A stretch of DNA of 63,995 nt, filler included, from Porpidia crustulata (taxonomy: Eukaryota), in assembly GCA_964255105.1 (NCBI GenBank). It is 7 parts of 7 records of this genome, joined end to end, with 100 filler letters (N's around TTAATTAATTAA, not from the genome) between each part and the next. Parts side by side here need not be neighbours in the genome. Positions count along the whole stretch, not along the records: positions 18,596 to 27,772 come from CAXUWE010000978.1; positions 27,873 to 37,043 come from CAXUWE010000979.1; positions 37,144 to 46,306 come from CAXUWE010000980.1; 4 more parts are not named here. One strand, 5' to 3'. The notes below the pieces were generated by a model. That model saw only the letters and a program-made list of their open reading frames with translations. It had not been told where the DNA came from and did not search any database. Shown in pieces: positions 26,462 through 41,292 of this stretch (positions are counted from its first letter, which is position 1; each line of letters begins with the position of its first letter). A program made the translations under genes and the position numbers.

Positions 26462-27772
26462 AGGCAGGGTCTCTACTTCGGGGGGTTGACCCGGTAAGAA
26501 TACGATAGATTGTATGGGTTTCGCTACACGGTTTACCTGCAACGCTCGTTCAGTACGTCAATTTGGGATGGTTCATGACGGTGGCGCATTCGTTTCAGCT
26601 CAGTACGATCAGCGAAGGTTTGCAGACTATGGATCCAAGGAGTTATTAGGCGGTATGGACAGTGGCACGGAGGTTGTGTATTGTCTGTGCAATTGTACAT
26701 TTGTGTTCCTTCTCTGTACCTGGCTTATGTGTATGCAGGTATCGTTGCGCAATCCTTGAAGAAGACGGTGTACAAGCAGTGGCGTGCTTGGTGCGCTTTG
26801 CACGGTAGGTTGTCCCTAATTATTAAACTATGATAATATGTCTACGGCGTATAAGTCCGCTCCAACACATAATGAAGATGATATTCATGTCGCATCCCGA
26901 AAGAACTCCACCGCTGCGTGTCTTATGGATTGCCTGCCTGCGTATATTTATATACTTATACATACACTCCTGGGAAAAGGCGTTCTATCGTCACGTGATT
27001 CATACTTTTCCGATGGACTCGTTGACCGAGTTCGTATTCATGTACTGCAGGACTGACTGCTTTATTTGCCCGCCATTCTCTTCAACGGATCCGACATTTG
27101 ATTACTGTGTTCCCAATGAAACGGGAAAGACATGCTACCAGCAGCGATTGAACCGTTTCGTGAGCCAAGCCTCGAGGCATCCCTAAGTGGCATATCAAAA
27201 GCACCCATGCCTTGAGCATCAGTGATTCTTCGCTTAATGAAGTCAAGATGCACTAAGAGGGCTGGAGAGGTTTTGGGAGCATGTGATCTTACTAGGGCGG
27301 GGTCAAGCGAGTGTGAATTCACGATCTGGATGATTAGTCTTGTCCGCAAATAACCTACTTCACTGCGATGAGTGGGTATCAAAGTGTCAGATGGAATGAT
27401 AGGGCATTGATGGATAGTGCGTTAGTAAGGATGTAGTGGATAGAACAAGCATTGTGTTCAGTCAAATAGGTACTTAGTTGGTGGCAGGTAAAGGGTACGT
27501 ATGTAAAGGTACCTATCCAGAGACAGGCCGTCTCGACCTTCTCTTGTCTTCATCCTCGCTCAAATGTAAGCCCGAAGCGGCTTAAGTGTGGCGAAGTCGT
27601 CAGGCTGGATGACGCACCGACGTGATCGCCGTGGCCCGATGAACTGCATTTTCTTTGATGCTCCAAAATAAGAATCGCCCACCAAGATCGTGAATCTACA
27701 TTGCCATGTATCGGAGTGACATTCCCACGTCCATTATCCCATCCCCCCACCCCACCCCAGTCACGCCTCTAT

Positions 27773-27872
27773 NNNNNNNNNNNNNNNNNNNNNNNNNNNN
27801 NNNNNNNNNNNNNNNNTTAATTAATTAANNNNNNNNNNNNNNNNNNNNNNNNNNNNNNNNNNNNNNNNNNNN
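27773..27872. other. Artificial contig linker
   Basis: N44-TTAATTAATTAA-N44. Confidence 0.98.
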
Positions 27873-28268
27873 GTCGATGACAGAGGTGGGTGGGTCATGG
27901 TTGGGGGGAGAGGAGAAGCAATTGGAGTGTGGAGCAGAGCGGTAGGCTAAGCAATCCACGGAGAAGTGTTGGATTTGAAGGGACTAAAGTACGTGCAGAC
28001 AGGAAAGCGACATCATACTTTCGAGGGTCACTACGATGAGGTTACCGGACTAGTCGTTATGGGGCAAACGGTGGTGAGTGTCAGCCTTGACGGAACTATC
28101 AGGCGGTGGTCGTTGGAGGCTGGGGATTTGGATGCTGCAAGGAAGCAAGCTCAGGAAGAGAAAGAAAGTGGACTTGTGGAGGAAGAGGAGCAGGTCGAAG
28201 AGAAATTGATGACAGAGGAAGAGGAGAGAGAATTGGCGGAGCTGATGGATGAGGGTGGAGAAAGCTGA
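27873..28268 (+). CDS. WD40-repeat protein, 3' fragment
   Basis: VGGRGEAIGVWSRA^TGKRHHTFEGHYDEVTGL..VSVSLDGTIRRW is a WD40 repeat. Acidic tail LMTEEEERELAELM. The 5' part is lost in the gap. Confidence 0.75.
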
Positions 28269-29729
28269 AAAACGGGGTGAATTCTGAGGTCCTTGCTCAA
28301 GCATGGTCTGCCAACAGCATTTTCCCAACCCCGTAAGGTAATGTTTTGCGAACCACCATTGGATTGACAAATGGTGGACCAACACCCACCGCCAAGCAAG
28401 AAACATTTGCCACAACGCATACATTTCTCTCTCTGTTCCCAAGCCAATAACTCCTCAGTACTCTCTCAACGATCTCCAGAGCCTGCGTGTTCTACGCCCC
28501 AGCATCGACCTTCAACAGTTCTTGTCATTCTCACTGTACTGTGTCGCAGTTGTCAGCGGACGGTCATGAGGTTCAGCGAACGTCCATTGGCCCTGCATAC
28601 CACGCTGGTAATCACCGAATCGTACCGTAATAGAAATCGTCAGTAATGTCCTCGGGACCCTGGTATGCCGACCGATAAAGGTTGAGCCAGATCTTCTGGG
28701 GTGCAAAACCTCGCGCATGTTGACGATCCTGAGGATCTCACATAGAGCAGCGATTAGATTGTGGTAGCAGATATACAATTAGACGAGAAGGGCATGGTTC
28801 CGCATGCGGAGGGGAGGTGGGTGCCCCGAAGTTCATATTGTCTTGAAATAGAGCTGGGTCGTATATGGATGTGCGAGTTGCTAAATGGGTGGGGATTTGA
28901 TTGATGAACAGAGGGTCAAGGGTAAGATGGTCAGTCCTTCGATTATGTTTGGCACAAGTCACTTTCTAAGCTCCCCAAGCCCATACATTGTTTACGAAAC
29001 TACCAACAACTCTCAGATATATCGAGCCCGATAACCGTTTTGATTGAGGTTGCAGCAGAGCTTCTAGACTCAACGCTGTATACAGAATGATAAGATGAAA
29101 GCCAATAACCGGAAGTTGATTAAAGCATCGCCTCAGGAAGCCAGAGTGAGACAGCCCCTGCATGTCGTAGTACGCTCTCTAAGATACATGTAGAATACCG
29201 TTCACGAACTTCCCAAACTCTGCTTGGCGAGACCGCCAGCCAGCGATTGCTTCTCGCCTTGCAGCCTGTTTTACTACTCCTGAGTCTCAGCTTGACTATG
29301 ATCAACAGGGATCTGCTTTTTTTTAAGGCAGAGCGCCGAAATCGGTTTTGCTTGAACAATTTGGCCAATGACATCCTGCGTCAGATCAAACCGGGCTTGA
29401 AAGAAGTAGATAGGTAGTGAGACTGAACGCGAAGATGATTATCAACCGTCTTCACCGCGAGTGCAGGGATTGGCGTGCGCTAGTGACAGCCTTATGGATT
29501 TCACGATATTTACTGAAGCTCCATGGCAATTCAACACTACCTACCTATCTTACAAACTTCCCTTTACACGACTATTCGCGAACTCTGAATTGTATACAAT
29601 AGCTCAAATAATAGCAATTGACCCGATTTGTTTTATTTAGGCTGCCACATTGTTCATATTGTCAGACTATATTGTGTGTGAACGAAGATCAAACACTGTT
29701 AAAGTTCACATAAGATCAAATACAGTATC

Positions 29730-31424
29730 ATGTCAGCGGAAGCAGCGTCTATGCCTCCAGTGCAGCAGCAACAGGAGTCAAAGAGTGCCAAGAAAAAGAA
29801 GGCAAAGACTGAAGCCTCTGCTAAGCTTACTTCACCCGTGGATGCTGAAACCGGGGCTGCTCAAGGACCGTCTGAGGGCACTGCCAATGGAGTGGACTCA
29901 GCCTATGAGAGCCCATACCTTAAAGAGCTGTACAAGTGAGTATAAATACAGACAGAGTGCAAAGCGTAAGGAAGCTCAACCTATGTGCTAATACACTCTA
30001 CCTCAGGAACATCCGCAACATCAAGAAGAAACTAGTAAGACATTTCTTGTTTGCTCTTAAGAGTGCTTGTATTGACAGTATCTCTTAGAACGCGACCCAG
30101 AAAGTTGATTCCATCATTGCCGAAAACCCGAACCTATCCCTCGACGAACTCCTCTCTAGTCGCAAGATCAACAATGACCAAAAAGCACAAGCGCAGAAAA
30201 AACCCTCGTTACAAGCTTCACTTGCTCAGCTCGAGGAGCAAATCGCGCAGTACAAGCAGTTCGATGAGGACTACCAGAAGCGTCTTTCAACAGAAAAGCA
30301 GACACTTGAAACCACACACAAGGATGAGTTGGAGAAGTTGAAGGAAACAGTTGCCGCAGAAACCAAAGCCGAAGGTCAAAAGGAGGCCAAGGATAATCTT
30401 TTGATTCTGAGCAAGTTTCTGAGAGCAGCGGCAGCCAAACGACAAGGTGGTGATGAGACGTCGCCAGAGAATCGGGCTTTTGAAGGGGCTCTGCTGTTGG
30501 TTTATGGGGGAGAGGCCGGTGCCGTTGTGGCGATGGAGCAGCTGATTTCGGGAAGCGACGAGAAAGTGCCTACAGTGGACCAAATCCCCTCGGAGTTTAC
30601 TTGTGAGCCGGAAACTTTCCTTTTGTCACCATTGAGCATCATCACGCATACGTAGTATCTGAACAGCTAATAATTGATGTGCAGACAAACAAGTCCAAGA
30701 ATTAGCGTTTGAGTACGCTCCCTATGCTGCCGAGGAAGCGTGGGCAGAGGAAGTGGCCCAGTCTGTGCCTGCGCCCCCGACAGCTGAGGAGCCTTCAACC
30801 CAAGTGGCCACCGACCCTACGATTGCTCATGCAGGAATGACAGAAATTGATGCTGAGGCTAACGAGCCAGTGACCAACGGCGCTTCCAACCATGTCGATA
30901 CACCTACTGTTCCAGATGCTTCGAATATCGACGCTGGAGCAGCCAACGCTGCGGCCACAACGAACTGGGATGCCGCCGTAGATCAAGGTGCTGATAGCTG
31001 GGTAGAGGTTCCCCGTGACCTTGCGGAGACGGACACTGGTGTGGCGGCCACTCCTGCGGCTATGGCAGGCACACAGAGCTGGGCTGAGGATGTCCCTGCT
31101 GAGTCTGCGCCAGCTCCTGTCGCCCCTACGGCTGAGCCCAAGGCCGCCGGAGGGGACGGATTTCATGAAGTACACCACGGACGTGGTGGCCGCGGTCGTA
31201 ATGGTTCCTATGGTGAACACCATGGGGAGCACCGAGGTAGTCATCGCGGGCGCGGGGGCTTCAGAGGCGACCGTGGTGGAGACGGTGGCTACCGTGAAGG
31301 TGGGTATCGCGGACGTGGGAGTTTCAGAGGCGACCGAGGCGGAGGAGAAGGTGGGTATCGAGGGCGCGGTAGAGGAGGATTCAGGGGCAACCGTGGACGT
31401 GGCGAAGGTCCTCCTCCTCAGTAG
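29730..31424 (+). CDS. Caprin-like RNA-binding protein with C-terminal RGG box (multi-exon)
   Basis: Spliced N-terminus YLKELYK^NIRNIKKKL^..INNDQKAQ resembles the Caprin HR1 start. It is followed by a coiled coil, an acidic low-complexity middle and many RGG/FRG repeats. Confidence 0.65.
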
Positions 31425-32691
31425 GTTGGAGCGTGATCCACTTGGCATGCCGCTCCGAGCACCTTCTCATATTCCTCTTGGAGTACCAAATCACAGCGAT
31501 TGTCAGCGTGCAGATTTGCTACTGTCTACGGATCTCAGTGTATCTCTGAGGAGTTAAAAATGTCTGGAGCGCTGCGTTGTATATCAAAGCCACCACGTGC
31601 TCGGGTCATAATGTCATACGCATAGCGAATGGAGCATTATACCACTTGACATTGCATTTTAGTATATCATGTGGTTTCGCTTGTCTTACACCTTGGACTA
31701 ATTCCTGCCAGGCAAGCGGATATCGTGAAATGGAAACACCACTCCTTGCCCCATTCTGCCCGGTGTACATGACAGAGGTATCTTACCACAGGTTCGTTCT
31801 CTAGGGTTAATTGCATAGGTAGGGTTGAGGTGGAGTTGAATGGAATATACAGGTATTTTACGACTTCAAGGTCGGTGTTACAGATATTGCTATGAACTGT
31901 CATTCAGGGCGGTAACAACCAAGCATGTGTCTATATCGCCCGTGAATGTCGTGGTATCAAATTTAGAACAAGCGATTCTAGCAGCTCTCGAACTCTGATC
32001 TATACAGAAGCTCCATGTTGATTGAGCGTTTGTAGTCAATAGCAAAGCCTTTACTGAGTATGATGAGGGAAATGGAATCAGTATAAAAAGAAACTGCTTT
32101 GGATAGTGTATGCCTTGATATAATTTGGATCTTTCCAATGGCTGTCGGAGAACACCTCACAGTACTTCACAGTTTGTGGCACATTTCAGGCACACCAAAG
32201 ATTATCACTCAGGATCTATTCTTTCTAGCTACTATTGATCCTGAAGTAGGTAAATAAATAATGCATCGCGAGAAGATCACGATCACGTGCGCATGTCATG
32301 CATCGGCGGGAGGGGCGATTAAGCTTGCGATACTGTGCGCTAAACCATAATAGATTAGGCAGGGCTGGATTCCAGATTTGCCGCAACTCCAAGCACGACT
32401 CCCATCCAATTCTCCGACGACGTCCACCGTTTCTCGATAACTTGAAGAGCAGGTAATGGCTTTTTGACGGCCCAATCTTTCGTTCAAGCTCATGGGTCTA
32501 CTTTGCTCATTACACCTGCGTTTGGGGATCACTTAGCAATCATCAGCGGACTCCCTGGACATATTATTATCCTTGACTCGAGACCAATAATTTGAGATCC
32601 TGTCCTTTACTCGGTTGATTGTCCCAACAATTGTTGCGCAGACTGCGGATTGTGGCAGAAACATATCATATTAAGAATCGCGGCTGCTGCC

Positions 32692-37043
<4,352 letters not shown>

Positions 37044-37143
37044 NNNNNNNNNNNNNNNNNNNNNNNNNNNNNNNNNNNNNNNNNNNNTTAATTAATTAAN
37101 NNNNNNNNNNNNNNNNNNNNNNNNNNNNNNNNNNNNNNNNNNN
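37044..37143. other. Artificial contig linker
   Basis: N44-TTAATTAATTAA-N44. Confidence 0.98.
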
Positions 37144-37360
37144 GGGGGGCGCTGGCCAACTAGAGGGTTTGGCCAACTAGGGGGTAGATCACGTTAGTAG
37201 GCCTTTGGGGCACTTAGTCAACAATATATTCGGCTTCCACCCTCAGAACCCTGCTCCCACCAATTTAGGGCTTTAGGTGTGTTTCCTTTTCTCGAGGGTG
37301 CTGTGGTGATTTTAGCTTGATGGGAGTGATTTATATGAGAGTGGGATTGCGCTAGATATA

Positions 37361-37894
37361 CCCCAGTATTCAGGTTCCTGCCTCGCTCTGAACTTTTTTA
37401 CTTTTTTATTTTATTTTATTTTTTTTGAATCGAAGGGTCAAAATCAGCATTTCACGACACAGTGATCAACGCTTTGTTAATTATCGTTCAAAATCACACA
37501 GATTGTAGATTACATATAGTTTCATCTGTACACGCAGTCATATGAAATTCTAGCTTCATGTTGTTGATGTAACATTGATTTCATGAATTTACAACTGTCA
37601 CGCTGCGTAACAACAAAAAATGTCGAGGTTCAATTTACAGCACGATTTTGCGACACGCTGTACGCTGTACATATCATGAAATCAATTATATATCAACAAC
37701 ATGAAGCTAGAACTTCATATAACTGCGTGTACGGATAAAACTACATGTAATCTACAATCTGTGTGATTTTGAACGATATTTAGCAAAGCGTTGATCACGG
37801 TATCGTGAAAAGCTGATTTTTGATGCCTTCGATCCAAAAAAAAAAAAAAGGCTCTGAAAATTTAGAAAGCGAGGCAGAACCCTGAATATTGGGG
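37361..37894. mobile_element. Non-autonomous foldback MITE with ~225-bp terminal inverted repeats and TA target-site duplication (Tc1/mariner-like)
   Basis: TA|CCCCAGTATTCAGG...CCTGAATATTGGGG|TA. The left arm (~37361-37586) is an imperfect reverse complement of the right arm (~37674-37894). AT-rich, no ORF. Confidence 0.8.
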
Positions 37895-38671
37895 TATTGC
37901 ACTAAAGAAATGTTTGGGTATCAACACCATTCTCGTCGATACACAACCACTATCCATATTGCAAAATCAGAGCCCATCACAAGTCTCAGAAGCCACTACC
38001 TTATCGTGCTCATTCAATTGCTCCAATTAAATCCCTTTAACATGAGATTGCTGAGCGGAAATATTATCAGGGTTTTTGAAGCTGAGGTTGAACTTGTGGG
38101 TTTTCGTTTGTTTATTGTCTAGATACTTTGAAAAGGGTTTATGACCTCGATGTCCGAGAAATGTTTTTTTTTTACTCTGCAGCTTCTCGGTGGGGCTGGA
38201 GTCAGGTTGTACGCAGATAGGCCGGTATTTACAAGTCGGTTTCTTACTTTGGGCTGTGAGAGAAAAGTTTGTATGTAAGGTGGATCTGTTTTTCTAGCCT
38301 TTGAAGAGTTCTACCTTTCGAAGAGTACTACTTGATAGACATTCATTGAGGAGGTGTTCTTGACTTGGGGTCTACTTCGTCAATGATTGTGTTGGCTGGG
38401 GGGTGTAAGATCAAGGAAAATAGCGGTGACTGTTATTCATCGTCTCCGACTATCGCTCTTCTTCTTATTCACAACCGGCCTTTGAGTCTCCAATCATCTC
38501 CAGTTTGGCAACAAATATCACCAGAAAAGGTGACTGCGATCAGAGTCAGAAATTCTCGATTCATTCCCCACTGCAGTCCACCGGAGCTTTGAGAAAGCTA
38601 TAATACTCGCCCACATCTCGAAACGCAACCGCTCAAATGGTCGTCTTCGATTCTGCAGATATTTCGCAATC

Positions 38672-40100
38672 ATGCTTCGACAAGTAGCCATACCGCATTC
38701 CTTGCGAGTAGGAGAAATCCTCACGTTGGTGTTTGGATTCGGCGTCAGCACTGTGGCCGTTTTCGCGCGGGTGTATACTAAAGCGATCATTACCAGAACT
38801 TTGAAAGTAGAGGATTGTGAGTCTGTGCGAAAGTGCAGCTAGTTTACGATCCTGGTTGCTAATTTCTGAAAGATCTCTCGGTTCTTGCTTGGGTAGTGAA
38901 GATTGTCAATTGGTTACAAGCATAAACTGATGTTTATACAGTTTTCCTTTCTTGTATATATGGTGATTGCCATCGTGATTGGTCGGAATGGTGGAAATCT
39001 TGTCCACGTCGCTTATGTAGGTCCATCTCAGGGGGCTACTGATTCGAAGAGGGCACCGGCTGATTGAAGATCTTTTTGGCTAGCTTGCTGCCGTCGAGGC
39101 AACTCTCTATTGCCCCGTAATCGTAATCGTCAAGGCTTCCATTCTGCTGCAATACATCAGCATATTCATACCGCAACGAAGCGGTCGTTTCTTCGTGGCC
39201 ACGCGCATTCTACTTTGGACCAACGTTGTCTATTACACAATCACGACCTTCGGATACATATTCGAAGTAGGCACCAGTTTATAGCGAAGACTCGATGGAA
39301 TGCTGACATATTTGTAGTGCAATCCAAGAGAAAAGCTGTGGAACCCAAACGTCCCGGGGTCCTGTATAAGTACTCATCAAATGGGGGCTGCTTCAGGGGT
39401 TCTGAACATTATATCAGACTTCACAATGTTCATACTGCCGCTGCCAACGATTCACCGGCTGCAGATGTCCACGGCGAAGAAGCTCAGGGTATACGGGTGC
39501 TTTTCTTTGGGTCTTCTGGCTTGTGTAACCAGCGTTGTGCGGCTCGTGTATAGCATCAAGCTATTGCACGTGCCCAGCCATAACCCGGAATACCTGCTGA
39601 TTATCGATATCACTGGACTTTGGAGGTACACTGATCATCCCTCCCAATTGCGTGGGGATCAACTGACACGAAGCAGTTTCGCCGAAATCGCAATCGGCAT
39701 CATCGCAGGATGCCTACCATCCCTCCCGCGCTTCTTCCAGCAATTCAGCCACAAGGAAACCACCTCATTATACATCACCAGAAGGAATACAACCACCGGC
39801 TTTACACGTAAATCGTGGCGCAAGTATCTACCCTGGTCGTCAAGGACCCGCACAAACGGTGACAGCGGACGTTTTACCCACGGAACGAGGGCTCCACGTC
39901 TAGCGACGCTCAACTTGCCCCCTTTCACAGTTCATGAGCTTGATCATGATGGCTTTGAGAGACCCGCGCCGATACGCGGGAAAAGCGCCCCGTTGGAGGA
40001 CATTGAGCTTCAGCCGGCGTCTCCTTCGTGGAGCTCGTATAGGCAGGGGAGGAGCCAGCAACCGTACGGTGGTTTTGGGGCTGTCGGGCGTGCGGCTTAG
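38672..40100 (+). CDS. Pth11-like (fungal rhodopsin-domain) integral membrane protein, no CFEM seen (multi-exon)
   Basis: ARVYTK..KVED^Y, VKASILLQYISIF, CNPREKLWNP..PGSC, NIISDFTMFILPLPTIHRLQM..KK, SVVRL and AEIAIGIIAGCLP. Confidence 0.82.
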
Positions 40101-41292
40101 TAGGGTTTTGTATTGACACTTTGAGGGTTCTTGGGGGCGTTAGGTGACGTTAGGGCGATGTCCGTCCTTTGTTTTTTGCTATAGAGTTGTGTTTTTTACT
40201 ATCTGTGAAGTTCGAAATCCGCCTATCCTGCGTTGAGAATCTTTTAGAGGGGCAAAAGAGCTGTTTGATGTTAAGTATATCTGTCAATCCCGATAAATTG
40301 GCTTGCGAGCTAACATCCCGAGATCAAGTCAATAGTTTAGCATCAATGCCGTTTGTAAAATATTCACTCAGCCTGCGACAAGAAGTCTATTCACACTTCT
40401 GATTCCTAGGTCCTGTAGCTTCTGGAACTTAAAACAAATTAGGGGCTCCGGTCATCAATATCCATGTGAAATCTCGATACATGTAAGAAAAAAGATGATT
40501 TCAATGAAGTTCTGGGCTTTCCCTTTCTACTGCGAATAGCAACGAAGTAATCACTTGGAAGTTGTGGTGTAGCGTCGCCAGTGGCTACTTCAACATTGGT
40601 CAAGATATGGTGGTTTCCCTCCTTCTCAACCCAATGACTTGCATGCCCACTGGCGATTGCGGGACACCATATCGGATTTCTCGGCATCCACGAAGCTCCT
40701 TAGCTTTCTGATAGATTCCACACCAATCATAACCCAACAGACCTCGGACTTCACCTTTCATAAGGTTGTGTTTTCCTTGAAATGCAGTGACGCTTGAAAT
40801 AGATCCTCTTAGGATTGTACATCTTCTCGTTGTCTTGCTTGAGAAAATTATACGGCTTCCAATTCCATGCCGTAGAGTGTTAGAGTGTCAACATTACGTT
40901 TCTTTGTTCGCTAGACCATGGAATTTGCTCCCCATGGTTTCCTGAGTCCAGAGTTGTCCAATGCTGCCAGCGGAACGGAAGAATCAGGAGGATCAGAACC
41001 AGATGATGATGCCAGGTTCGATGGGCTCATCAAAACATCTCATGGCTAGTCACGGTACTAAGAGATTTCGAAGTATTAGAACCGATTCTTATGGTAAAAG
41101 TACAATAAGGTGGAGTATTGTATTTCAACATGTAGGTACAGTAGGCTTGTCGTTGAGTAGGCCACTATGCCCGAAGTAGGTAGAGTTTCTACGTGAGCTA
41201 GACTAGCGTTTCCGCTAAGGACAAATAATACAATACAGTTGACCATCTTCCACTCACGTTCTTTGCACGCATCAACATCACCTCATTACATC

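Noticed and set aside
30795..31557. Long overlapping ORFs (217 aa minus strand, 180 aa plus strand) over the RGG gene
   Set aside because: Shadow ORFs of GC-rich low-complexity coding sequence, with no independent motifs.
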